The position numbers were made by a program, and so were the translations under genes. From assembly GCA_963693365.1 (NCBI GenBank), contig CAVNZM010000006.1, forward strand, positions 10,853,355-10,917,354: 64,000 nt of DNA, given 5' to 3'. This document shows positions 18,369 to 40,032 of this stretch, one piece after another; the stretch's first letter is position 1; every line of letters starts with the position of its first letter. This DNA comes from Amoebidium appalachense (lineage: Eukaryota; Protista; Ichthyosporea). The notes under the pieces were generated by a model, which was not told where the DNA came from, did not search any database, and worked only from the letters and a program-made list of their open reading frames with translations.

Positions 18369-18953
18369 TAGTGCCACAGGCTTATGTAACATTCTTTCGG
18401 AGCTACCAATGCTACAAATTTTAGCCTCTGCTTATCCATAATGTGATAAACTATAGGGTTGTCGTATGCATGCTACGACTGCGCTAGATGTTACTTAGCA
18501 TGTACATATGTCACCAGCTGCATTTGATTGGCTGCGCTGGAAAACGTAGTAGGCCGTCGAGTGAGGCTGGGCCCCAGACAGGGTCCACGGCAATAAATAG
18601 TGTTTCCTAATAACATGGTCAAAGACTGAGTCAGCTTGGCCGGCGCAGCGCGCGCTTCATCTTGTCTCCGGACAATGCTATCAAGTTGGTGTCCGATCGG
18701 ATATCGATCAAGGCCGATGTCGATCCGTCAGTCACGTAGGCTGTGCACATGCTGCCCCAAGCAAAAAAAAATAAAAATGAGAAACGACAAAATGCAAGGG
18801 CCGTCTATGTAAGAAAAATCTTGGTTGCCGAGGACTGCCGCCGTGTGGGGAGATTTAGACACTGAATAAAAGCTAGGAAGAACGCTGTGTTATGTGTACA
18901 ACACAACAATCTTGTGTGCGGTAACAAATAGGTATCGCATGTGTACACATTGT

Positions 18954-19338
18954 CAGGGTTGACCAGCCTAACCGTATGGCCCTTGGGCCAATCGTAACGG
19001 ACTATTTCTTAATCGTAAGCGGGGGTTCTTGTGGAGAGTTCAGCCCCGTCAAAAACGCCCCTCCAGTCAACAATTCCAAAATGCGCATTTTTACAGTTTG
19101 AGTATTGCAGGATTACAGGCCCTGAGCACTGGTCGGGGCTCGATATTGCACAGCAAGAGAGCTGCAGATAGGTTGTTGAACAGAAATACTGAAAAAATAG
19201 GCAAGATTAGATAGTCTGAGCATATTTTACGCTAAACACCTGATACGAAAGCTGTTACGACGGCACCCCAACCTTATTCGTATCGGGGTCTCTCGTTAAT
19301 CGTAATTATGACGATTTTCATTCGTAATCCCTACCCTG
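18954..19338 (+). mobile_element. hAT-like MITE, copy 1
   Basis: Termini cagggtt...ctaccctg. Homologous along its length to the reverse complement of 39623-40032. gtacacat flanks both sides (18943-18950 with a 3-nt offset, and 19339-19346). Confidence 0.8.
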
Positions 19339-19404
19339 GTACACATGAGATAGCGGTGATCAGCTATTGGCGGGTTCTATTCAATCGCTCACAATCGCAT
19401 TCCA

Positions 19405-20520
19405 AAGTATAAAGCCTTGATAGACTGGTTTAGAAATGTTTTTTTTCAAATTCTGCCTAAAGTATACACTAACCTTATATGGCTCACCTACACCGGAGCA
19501 ATTCGAATCTTGTGATTGGTTTGTACGCTTGGTCGTGGAATTCATGTATTGGGAGGTTGCTAAATGAACTTCAGTTTTTTCAGATGAGGTCGCATGGAAA
19601 CCAGGGAGGGTGCAGTAGAAACCAGCTGGTTTCCCCCCATCCTCCCGGTTTCCATGCGACCTCGACAAATTTTCTAAAAACCCATCGCACTAGACTATTG
19701 GCGATGTGTCCAAACTGACAAACTGACTGTGTTTGCCCTTTATATACCCGCTCGACTGCGTTGAGATTGTCACAATCGAGAACATGTTAAAAACTGATCC
19801 GCAAATGTGCACGGCGTGTTTCGGAAGCTAGCATATAAAGGGGCAAAATGGCATTCAGTCTGCATCATAAAAACTACGAGCACTCAAATTCCTTTCTCAC
19901 ACCACAACACCACAATGGCTCAGAAGCGCGCCGCCCCAATCGTCCTCTCCGAAGACGTTACCAACAAAATTCCGAAATCTGCCGACCAAAAGCAGGGCGT
20001 TGACAAATACAGGAGCAACAAATCGAACCATCACAGTTGACAGTGCAGGAGGTACACCTGTACTTGCCCCGGTGACCAATCACACGAATGTTTGCATTCC
20101 ACAGACAACCAATCAAATCGAGAAAAGAACTACCAATCAAACATCAATGAATGCAGCACTGCAGCAGTGCAGGCTGCTACGGATTTTTTCCGGGGTGCCA
20201 CCGTACATGGAAACATCAATATTTATGTAAATCAGCCTTTTGAAACCCAGCAGGATAATAAGGAAAATTAAATATACAATACTTCACAAATAATATTTTT
20301 AGTGACTATGTAAACCAGACTGGTTCTGGATTATGCAAATAAATACAGTAGACTAAGCGAGTTCTCGCGTACAAACCGGATCATATTTACCTCGGTCAGC
20401 TTGCCTTTGATAAATATCAGAGTTCACAGGCCTCGTCGGGTGGGTTCATGACCTCCGCACCTTCGGTGCGTCGGTCGACGTCATGAACCCACCCGACTCG
20501 GCCTGTGAACTCCGATTTCG
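19405..20520 (+). mobile_element. Crypton-like (tyrosine-recombinase) non-autonomous or degenerate element
   Basis: Long hairpins at 19586-19663 and 20416-20516 (CTCG at the mismatched positions of both arms). Mirrored motif ggtttgtacgc (19518)/gcgtacaaacc (~20368). Decayed coding remnants HKNYE...TMAQKRAAPIVLS and FFRGATVHGNINIYVN resemble C-termini of Crypton/DUF3504 proteins. Boundaries approximate. Confidence 0.5.
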
Positions 20521-21318
20521 GCAGCTCGACTCTTGATTTTTGCCTGTTCTCGCTACGAAATAGGCGCCGGACACCCCATGTTGCTTATACAAGAATTGCT
20601 TGTCGCTTTGTTTATCAAGTTATTTATTAATGGAGCAAAACCCCTTTTCTATTCAAATTATTGATTTTAAGCATTTATAAGCAGGATTTGGTAGATGACC
20701 GCCGATCACTCAACCCTTCATTTCGCCAGTTCGGCTGGCTGGGTCTCCCTTGGGCGAAGCAAACACATTTTTTTTTTTTTTTTGGTCTATACTCGGCCCG
20801 TGATCGTGTGGCCGTCTCGGATGATGTGTGTGGCAGTTCACAGTTCACACGCATATGTATTACAAGTCGTACTCTTTTTTGTAGTCGGGCCTCCGGATCC
20901 AGAGCACGGGTAAATGTACGGTGGCATGTCATATATGTGTGCACGTTGCAAGAGACAGCAAGAGACCCGGAATTCGAACAAGAAGCAAAACCGGTTGGGT
21001 GCACAAGCAAAAGTTTACGCTAGAATTCACGGCGCCTTCGAAGCCATTACCGAGAATTTTCTGCTAGCCACACCGCACAGTCCCATGCTAGGGGCTCGAT
21101 AGAACAAGCTTGCCCACGTATACAGCCTTTTTAAAATATCTTTTTTTTGAGCGTTGAGGCTTGTCTCTGTCACAACTGCACCCGTGAGCTTGAGTTGCGC
21201 TTAGCTTCACCTACGTAGCAGCATCGTGACCCCGGTCCTGTTCAAGTTCGAGTCCTTGTCTATATCATACCGGGGACAAATGCAAACAGCTTCCAAATTG
21301 TAAACACAAAACGGCAAC

Positions 21319-22841
21319 ATGGGTTCATCATGGACCGAGTCGCAGCAGCTAGCCATAGACGTAACGGTGGCCATTAGTGGCACGCTGGGCTTTATTGGAG
21401 CCACCACCATGTTCATCATGGTCTGGCAGCTACCCCGCAGTGACAAATACACCAGGCAGCACCTACTGCTTGCCTTGGCGGCGGTGGAGATGTTGGGCAT
21501 AGCCGGCAAGGGCCTGGGCCGGTTTCCTGCCATGGCCTCAGACTCCTTGTGCATAGCACAGGTATGCAGAGTCACTACCCCTCGGGTTTTTCTTACTTTT
21601 TTACAGTGTCACCGTGTTGAACCACTTTCCCCTGCCTCGTTTTGCTGGCTTGACCCTTAAGCTTGGACGAAGGTCACAGGCTCTGTGGCCGCTGAACCTT
21701 ACACAACCTCCAACCATTATCAAGGTCCAGTCAAGGTCCAGTCTATGCCCTTCATCACACCCAACACACAAAATTTGTTCTTGCTCCGCAGGTCAGTCAG
21801 TGATGTCATTCATGCTGCACGCCCATGCGCACAGTACCCGCCTGCATAGCCTCAGGTCCAGGTTGTCCATGCTGCACTGTCGCCGAGTGTGCCTGTGACA
21901 TGATTCGTGACACTTTTGGCAGCCAACTAACAGGTCCTACACCGCAGGGTATCGTAATCCAGTTGGGTGCATCCTATGCCGTGATCATAGCAGCCCTAGC
22001 CACCGACACCCTCCTCAGGGTCTTCTTTCTGTGGAAGAACGAGGAGGCCAGCCGCCTGCTCAAGTGGTACCTGCTGGCTGCCGTGCTGCTGCCTGCTGTC
22101 AGCATCAGTGTCACCCTGCCCCTGGGCGCCGTAGGCAAAGCAGGGCCCTGGTGCTTCATCACAAACAAATACCCCACCCTGCGGCTGTGTGTGTTCTTTG
22201 TGCCCATCTGGACCGTCATGGCCTACTCGGCCATAGTCTCTGGGCTGCTCATCAAGCGCCTGCTGGACACGTGGAAGGCCGTGGGCCGGCCTGTGCAGAC
22301 GTCAGCCATCCTGCAGGTGTCGTCGTGGTCTCTCGTTTACATCCTCACCTGGTCTACGGCCACAGCAAACAGAGTGCAGCAGACCATGTACCCGGGCAAG
22401 CCCAGCTTCCCCCTGGTCATGCTCAACGTGGCCTTTATCCCCGCCCACGGCTTCATCGACTTCCTCGTCTATGCCGTGCCTATCTGGTGGTCGCGTATGC
22501 GCCAGCGCAAGATACTGTCTGACCTGGCCACGTCCAGCAGCCAGAACGGTCGGGTCACCATCACCTCCGGCAACAGTATGCTGCTGCTGCGGAAGGAGTC
22601 GTCGGAGGCTCTAAAGGCTAAGGGTCTGCGCAGTGGATCCTCACAGACACTCACGGGGTCACGGCTATTGGCGTGCTCGACAGACACGGATTTCCCTGTA
22701 CAACACACACAAGCGCCGTGTGGCAGTGCGGGGGTGATAGTGGAGAGGGACGAGGTTGATGGAGACAGGGTGGGGATGGTGGGCAAGGCGCTGGCAGCAA
22801 AGGACGGCCAGACACAGCCTAGTAGGTGGGGCCACGGTTGA
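21319..22841 (+). CDS. 7TM G-protein-coupled receptor, cAMP-receptor-like/GCR1-type
   Basis: Exons 21319-21561 and 21948-22841 (~378 aa). Seven hydrophobic segments, TM3 entry LCIAQGIVIQ, ECL2 GKAGPWCFI, TM6 ATANR, TM7 PAHGFIDFLVY, Ser/Thr-rich C-tail. Confidence 0.85.
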
Positions 22842-23985
22842 ACAGCAAAGGCCGGTCGTGGCTGAACATGGTTTGAGCACATCTGCATGCATGTATGAAA
22901 CAGTAAACGTTGGCACGGCACACCGTGAGGCTAAACTTTTGTTATTGCAATGAATAGTTTGCAAAGTTTGGCACCCATAAACCGGAGAGACAGAGTTTCA
23001 ACGCAAGGCCGAATGATACATGACCTTGGCTTTCTATGGCGTTAGCGCAAGGTGTACCGAGCACGTAGGGAAACGCCTTAAACTGAAACTATCACTACGG
23101 AGTATAGATGATGAATCCACTAATAATCATTCTTTATTATGGCGGATGGAGAGCTGTGTCTTTTACAAGATGTTCATACTTGACATAGGCAATACATGAT
23201 GAATGATGAGAAGTAATGTTGTGAGGCCAGCTGTTCGTGTTACAAACAGTCAACTGTGTGCACTGGTACGTGAGTAAATGCGAAAAAAAACAATATCCCA
23301 CCGACCAAGAAAGTGATGGACTCCTGAAGGCGTGGGCTTCATATGTATATGTGTGAGAAAAAGTTCCGCTTTTGGGGGGCCGTGACGCACTGAGCCTGTG
23401 ACCGGGAGCGGGAAATGGTGGAAAGTGGCTATGGAATATGTTCCCGTTCTAACAAAGGCTTTATTGAACTGTCTTTCCTCCCCCTCTCCCCCCCGGCGCC
23501 TTCAGCCCCACCCTGCCCTCGCCCGCCTATATATATCCTTGTGCATGTACGAGTGCCGAGTGCAACGGTGACTCTACTTTGTCTGTTTGTGCCAGGTGTG
23601 TGCCTTGCAAATGAGCTCATTTATTTGCGTGCTTGAGTGTTACCACGGTGCACTTGTGTGCGAGAACAGCGTCACCGTACCTGTGTTCCACTTTTGTGGC
23701 TCCGTGTGCCATTAACAAATTTGCTTTGTAGGCACTCGCTGTGTGATTATACCACCAACCAGTATGGGTTTTACTGAAACGACGTCTCTTCGCCTGCATC
23801 TATGGACAACTATTGACCATTTCAACGCAGTCCATAAAGGACGCAATAGCTACACTTAGTGTAATCCAGCACTTTGGCAGCACACCCTGACCTATGCACC
23901 ATAACCGTTGACCTACTCCTAACAGTCCCCCCCCTCCCCCTCCCCCCCCCCCCCCTACCTAGGACACACACGACCGGGGGCCTTA

Positions 23986-24026
<41 letters not shown>

Positions 24027-24069
24027 TGTGTGTATGTGTATGTATCTGTGTGTGTGTGCGTGTGTGTGA

Positions 24070-24101
<32 letters not shown>

Positions 24102-24421
24102 CGCGCAAAAGGGAAAGAGAACGAGAAAGAGGAGAGAGAGAGAGGGGGAGTCTCTACTAGACTGTCAGAGAGAGAGCGAGCGAGAGAGAGAGAGGGGGGG
24201 GGGGGGGGAGAGGGAGAGAAAGAAGGGGGAGGGGGGGGAGGGAAGAGAGAGAGGGAGAGGGAGAGAGAGGGAGTATCTACTAGACTGTCAGAGAGAGGGA
24301 GAGAGAGGGAGAGAGAGAGAGAAAAGAGAGAGAGTGTGTGTGTATGTGCGTTCGTGCGTGTGCAAAGAGAGAGCGAGGGAGAGCGAGAGAGAGAGAGAGA
24401 AAAAAAAGAGGGGGGAGAGAG

Positions 24422-24452
<31 letters not shown>

Positions 24453-24510
24453 GGGGAGAGAATGAGAAGGAGGGGCGCGAGAGAGAGAGAGTTTCTTCTG
24501 GAATGTCAGA

Positions 24511-24573
<63 letters not shown>

Positions 24574-25259
24574 TGTGTGTGAGTGTGTGTAACGACGCGC
24601 ACGCGCGCGTGTGTGTCTGTGCGTGTGCGGGCGCGCGCGCGTGCGTGTGTGCGTGCGTGCGTGCGTGTGTTTGTGTGTGTGGGCGTATGTGAATGAATAT
24701 TTATAAACTTAAAAAAAAGGTAGGATTGTACGGTTTGCAAAACGTTTCTTGCCCTTTTAGTACACAGAAACAGCGTGGTCCATGTACCACAGAATGCACA
24801 CACCCGGTCGCTACACTTGCAACAGGAGTTTTTAGCGCTTTAGGCCTGCACAATAACAAGAACCTTCAAGGCCATCAGCTTTGCTTTTTCGTAGAGTGCC
24901 CAGTTCCACTGATCTAATATTAGAACCTATTCTAATGCAGTGCAAGTGGTCGAGGTGCAAGGAAAGGCTTGTGCTGACCTGTTTGTGTTAATGCTACCAC
25001 CTACTGAGGCGGTGTCTCCTTTCTTTCTTTTTTTTTTTTTTTTTTTTTTTTTGCAGTAGATGTATAACGTCGCACGTGCGGCAACACGTCAGTACGTGTT
25101 AGGTGTTAATGCACGCCGTGAGAAAGTCAGAACCTTAGTCAGAACCTAACAGCTACATGTTTCTTAGTATAATGTGAACAGCACGGTATTCACTACAGAA
25201 ACAAGCCCGACAGTGACAGACACCCGTACCCGCCATCCGGCCCCCTCTCCACCCGCCCC

Positions 25260-25311
<52 letters not shown>

Positions 25312-25312
<1 letters not shown>

Positions 25313-25423
25313 TGCATACTGTGCGCATGGCTGATGCTGCATACTTGAATGTTTGCCTTTGCATGTGTCCTGCACCATGCTTCTCATCGTGTATGCGTAC
25401 TTCATACTGTGCTCCGCATTCAA
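25312..25423 (+). mobile_element. Short diverged copy of the poly(C)-terminated repeat
   Basis: tgtttgcctttgcatgtgtcctgcac...gtacttcatactgtgctccgcattcaa+C-run; lies between two C-runs. Confidence 0.6.
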
Positions 25424-25431
25424 CCCCCCCC

Positions 25432-25468
<37 letters not shown>

Positions 25469-26307
25469 CCCCCTCTCTCACAAACCATTTGAAACTAAAC
25501 TGGACCTAAACTGTAAAACCTGAGGCTAAAAAACGACACACGGACCCGGGGGTGGTCATGATTGGGCGCGGCCGCTTGAGCAAAGCGGCAATATCTGTAA
25601 ACGCTTCGGGCTAGCTATTGGCTGCTCTAATGAGGCCAAATACCTTATTTTTACGCCAATCATAATATTTAATCAGGAATTTATAATTAAAATGAGACCA
25701 ATCCGGTGCTGGTCCTAACTAACTAGTGGGAATAGAATCGAAGCTCCATATTGAAAATCAGGAACAGCGAGATACAAATAAAACATATTATTGGTAATTG
25801 AAATCTAAATTATGTGATTTAGATAGAATGAGCCTGCAGGCTAGAAATCATACTTCCACTCCCTTACAAGTCACAACCTGTTGAAATTTTTTGATAGTCT
25901 GTCACAGTCGCGAGTCAAGGAGCGTCGTGGGTCCTGGCTCTTCGAACAAATCAAACTCTGCTGATCCTAAAGTCAAGCTGTATACTACACTACACCCAGC
26001 TTGTTTGCAAATATTCACTTCCCAATATCGACTCAACTAGATTAGAAGCACCAAATTTTATTGGAAATTTGTACTATATACAGCTATACTACTGATAATG
26101 TTATTATTACAACTCTCAATGCCAACACTACAAAAGTGGTCGCTATTGCAATTGAACGATCCGACCCGGTTGAATCCGAATCGGCTCGATCTATCTGCGG
26201 ATTGCGTCCAGTTACGATCAACCAATCGCTAAGTGACGCATCTTTTCATTAGCTAAATATCACGCAGGCCTATAGCTGTGGTTCAGTCTGAGCCACAAAC
26301 TGCGGCA

Positions 26308-35607
<9,300 letters not shown>

Positions 35608-35651
35608 GGTACAACACACACATAAACACACATTAAACGTGTATACACATA

Positions 35652-35723
35652 CAATAGAACATACATACACACATGCAATAGAACATACATACACACATGC
35701 AATAGAACATACATACACACACA
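35652..35723. repeat. 24-bp tandem repeat x3 (DYRK 3' UTR)
   Basis: caatagaacatacatacacacatg x3. Confidence 0.85.
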
Positions 35724-36652
35724 TTAGACGGACATTGACAGGCCACTGCCTCTGCTTCTCTTTGGCTTTCGAGGCTGCACGGTGGCTTTTTCATTCACAA
35801 ATGACTCGTGGCAAAAAGATGGCGCTTTGCGCTGGGTGGTTTGAGGTGAGGGCTGGATGGCTAGGCGGCATACGATGAATTTATTATAGCAGCATGCCGC
35901 CACACGTGCAGTTTTGTTATGACAGTCTTCCTAGGCCGTAATCTACGGCCTTCGTTGTTTTTTTTCTTTTGTTTTTGTTGTTCCATGCCATCTGTTACAC
36001 GTTGATTTATGCTTGTGTATTATTTGTGTGTGTGGTGTTATTGGTTCCTTTATCCTTTTCTAGACTCAGTCTGGTTTGACAAAACACGCGCGGATTTGTG
36101 ATATTGGGGATTCCTACTTACCCCGGTCATAGAATGTGAAAGTACGAGCGATTATAACACACAACAGTAGAGCTAATGGCTTATAGTCAATCGAGTTTGG
36201 CAGGGATAATATCCTTAAACATCAAGCACATACATAGGGTGTGCCCATAGCTATGCAATTCCTACCAACATTGTCATACCATAGTAGATGCACAAGCAGA
36301 CCTTGGGGCTGTGATGCCTAAATAAGATAATGGGTTGCACAGCCATGATTGGTAGTTTGCTCTTCCACAGACATTCCTCTTTAACTATAGCACATGCTAG
36401 ACCTATTTATAATATCAAAACCCGTGACGGCAGTGCCGCACCCATACACCACAGAATCATACACGGATTACACCACTCACTCACATGGCCTTGCGTGGCG
36501 CCACCCGCTGCAGCATGCTTGCTGTGAATGTACACTTTTGTCTTGAACAACGTTTGTGTGGGTGACACTGTTCATGTGTCTGTGTGTGTTGCGTGTTTTT
36601 TTTCTTTCTTTTTTTTTTTTTTTTGTTGTGGTGGTGGTGGTTGCAATTGTGT

Positions 36653-36742
<90 letters not shown>

Positions 36743-38206
36743 TACTACGCATGTGTTTGGGGGTCCTCAAGCCCTCCCCCCCCCCAAAAAAAAAAAACTC
36801 AATTGCAACCTTTGCCGGATCCCGGGTGCCACGTGCACGGCGTGCACGTGCACCGTTGGGCATCGATCGATATCCTGGCAAGTCAATTGCCTCATGCCGT
36901 CTCGCCCACATGCATGCATATACAGTACATACCGTTACATGTTGACATCGATGCGCACTGTCACGGTAAACTTAGGTAAAATCACAGTATATATATGGGC
37001 ACGCCTGATCGCGGCCTGATACGTACAGCCTGACATGTGTACACGGCTGCGGCTTGGAGTTCAGAGCTCAGTGCAAGCTTGTTTCGATCTCAGTACCGTA
37101 GCTGTATGACACAAAATGAAACAGCTGTAGCAATGCGGGCCTGCAAGCATGTGTCATGCGCAGTACGCATCACTGGTGACGTGTTTGTAACCTACAGGCA
37201 CACACACGCTTGCAACGTGTGGAATTGCAATTGACACACAACTGGCGAGCTCCACTCGGTGCGCGCACGCCGCACGGACGCGTATACTCGTAGGCTATCT
37301 AAGCAGTGTTACCTGCACATGTACATGTACAGTACAGATAACGGACATGCTACACACAGACATGCACACACATGGACGCACATGCGTGCGCAACACACAT
37401 TTACACAGCCTGCACACAGAACCACGGCAAATCTATTGTAGGTGGTCTTAACCGCGTGTACAGAATAAGAATACAGTCATGCAAAAAAAACCCACACAGT
37501 GTTCACACCCACGCCTCTAATACACACACACGCGCGCACTACCGCCTCCCAAAACGGACCGAGCTGCGGGTTTCAAATTCAGGCACATCATGGTATGTGT
37601 GCACACCGTTGTATGCGTGCACAACCGTTGCCACTCTGGGTGGTGCTCAAATTTAAAGCTCTAGAACTGGTTGTCGCGGCGTTGAATGCCTGTGCTCCAC
37701 TACTACTCTCCCGGCCAAGTGCCACAACGCATCCAGCCAGCAGTGCTTTTTTATTGTGAAAAGAGGACTAGGCACTAGACTAGATCCTGCCAGGACATAT
37801 TACAGTTTCAACTCAATAAGGCTATCAATTACGTATAGTGTTACTCGCGTGCAGCAGAGCATAAAAATGCCGAAAATAAATCTATGAAAAGACTCAGTGT
37901 CTGTCATACATACGTCGTACAGCTAAACTAAAGGTTGCAACCAACAGAACAATTGTATCAAAGCTCACTCAATCGGCATATTCTGGCTGAAATTTACGAA
38001 GGGCACACAATTGTACATGTCATATATATAGGTACTAGTACTGGTGCAGGGAACCAAGATGGTGAACGGCCATGGTATCCGCCAAATCAATACAAAATCG
38101 AATGTGCCGTAGCACTGTGCGTGACCGCAAGACCAGACTCTCGTACCAATAGCTTTACTTGCGCGCACACACAGTCATAAACCATGGGGTCCCGATGTCG
38201 TATGTG

Positions 38207-38665
38207 TCAATTCACGGCCTCGACGCAGTCTGCCGACCGACCGAGAGTTTTTGAGTTCTGCCACCAATCCACCACCGTGTCCAGCTCCTGGTCCGAGTAT
38301 CTCTCCTCGGCCAGCAGCCCCTTGGTGACGTTGGTGGGCGTAGCACAGAGCTCCCCAATCCGCCTCAGGGCCATCACTGCGCGGTCGTGTGCACGTGCAC
38401 AGTCCAGCTCGTTCTGCGACGTGAGCACATTGACATCGAGCAGGCGCGCCTGCCACGCACTTGTGTGCTCGTTCCAATACACACCCACGTACTTGCTCTT
38501 GGGCGGGCCCTGTGTGTCGTCGTCCTGCATGTGCTTTTCCCAACGATCTGCGGCACTGGTGCTGGTGCTGGTGCGCGTGTAGCTGCGTGTGGCCATGATG
38601 CGCGAGGCCACGGATGGGATCAGGCTGCGCGAGATGAGAGAGGAGGAAACGCGAGAAAGAGCCAT
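38207..38665 (-). CDS. Small AP2/ERF-domain protein (152 aa) with predicted mitochondrial targeting presequence
   Basis: Uninterrupted GC-rich CDS from ATG at 38665. KSKYVGVYWNEHTSAWQARL...NELDCARAHDRAVMAL...ATPTN follows the AP2 pattern SxY(R)GV-x(6-8)-W-x-A...E-x-AARAYD-x-AA...N. The N-terminus MALSRVSSSLISRSLIPSVASRIMATRSY is Arg/Ser-rich with no acidic residue in the first 39 aa. Possible 5'-UTR intron at 38698-38864. Confidence 0.75.
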   Translation of the reverse strand: MALSRVSSSLISRSLIPSVASRIMATRSYTRTSTSTSAADRWEKHMQDDDTQGPPKSKYVGVYWNEHTSAWQARLLDVNVLTSQNELDCARAHDRAVMALRRIGELCATPTNVTKGLLAEERYSDQELDTVVDWWQNSKTLGRSADCVEAVN

Positions 38666-39622
38666 GATGATATAATTTCTAAACCGATGGTCTCCAGCTG
38701 CAGCGTGATTTGAAACAGGAAATGCACTATGCAGTGATTCGATCGTGGTATGGAGGAATATTGTCAAGCAGACAATTTAAAATGTACAAGAGGAAACAGT
38801 CCTCCGTATGACATGAACATGAGGGTCAACAATATGTAATAAATCCAAAGACAGATACAATTACCAGGAGCTCGACTACACTGGCCTCTCGGTTGATGCC
38901 GTGAGTTTGCGTGGGGAGAAGAGGCTGAACCACGATCACAAGGCACTAAAGTAGTAGGCAAAGCGATGAGCTTCGCAACTCGGACTGAGTTGTGAGATGG
39001 AGGAGCCAGGTTTATAAACTTGTGAAAGGTGGCTCATGGAGGGGGGCAATTTTTGCTTTTCCAGACAAAATACAAACCACCCTCTCCAAAACAAGAAAAA
39101 GTGACGAATTCTTTATAAAAGGAGAAGCGTAATATCCAAAAGTCTAAAAATACTAATACATTTATTTGTTGTCTATTTTAGATAACTAAGTGATACGTAC
39201 GTCAATCATATGCGTGCAAAAACAGGATCCTGCACATTACATGTTGAAATTTGCACCTCTTGTCGAATCATGTGATAGTTTGTAGAAAAAGCAAATGTGT
39301 AAATGTAATGGCTATTAGCCTCACTCAGCCTCTCTGCACAACAACATTGGTGACGCCAATAGTGTGTATACTTGGGGGGGGGGGGGGGGGGGGGGGGGGG
39401 AAAGAACATTGGTCTTTTGTATCAAAATGTTCCATAAATAATATGGTACATAGGGCATGGCGCTGTGTGAAATTAACGTACAACTTCGCAAGTTGAGCCT
39501 TGGGGCTGCCTGTGGCCCATGCGCACTTCATTGCAGTCATGCTGACCCAAAAAGAAAAAGCAAAAAAATGCTATATATGGCTATTCTAAAAACATCTGAT
39601 TGGCCCATGTCGAGTTTATGCG

Positions 39623-40032
39623 CAGGGTAGGGATTACGGGAAAAAAATCGTCGTAATTACGATTAACGAGAGACCCCGATACGAATAAGGTCAGGGTACC
39701 GTCGTAACAGCTTTCGTATCAGGTGTGTAGCATTATAGACGCTTGAATATGTAATTTTCCCTATTTTTCAATATTTCTGTTCAAGAACAGCACATTCCCC
39801 CCCAAGAACATATCTACAGCGCTTCTCATGTGCAATATCGATCCCCGATAAGTTTCCAGGGCTTGTAATCTTGCGGTACTCAATTCGTAAAAACACGTAT
39901 TTTGAGTTTTGCGACTGGAGGGGCGTTTTAGGCGGGGCTTGCAGCTCCCCAAGAACCCACGATTAAGAAAATGTCCGTTACGATTGGCCAAAGGGCGATA
40001 CGGTTAAGCTGGCGAGCCCCAGCCCAACCCTG
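39623..40032 (-). mobile_element. hAT-like MITE, copy 2
   Basis: Termini cagggtagggat...agcccaaccctg; 8-bp TSD tttatgcg (39615-39622)/tttacgcg (40033-40040); inverted homologue of 18954-19338. Confidence 0.85.

Noticed and set aside
36800-36890. Nested palindrome centred on cacgtgcacg-g-cgtgcacgtg
   Set aside because: Built from words that are very common in this genome; outer arms are weak and there is no TSD.
38666-38767. 34-aa N-terminal extension of the AP2 ORF shown in the ORF track
   Set aside because: It starts at a non-ATG codon and overlaps a probable 5'-UTR intron; ATG 38665 gives a clean presequence.
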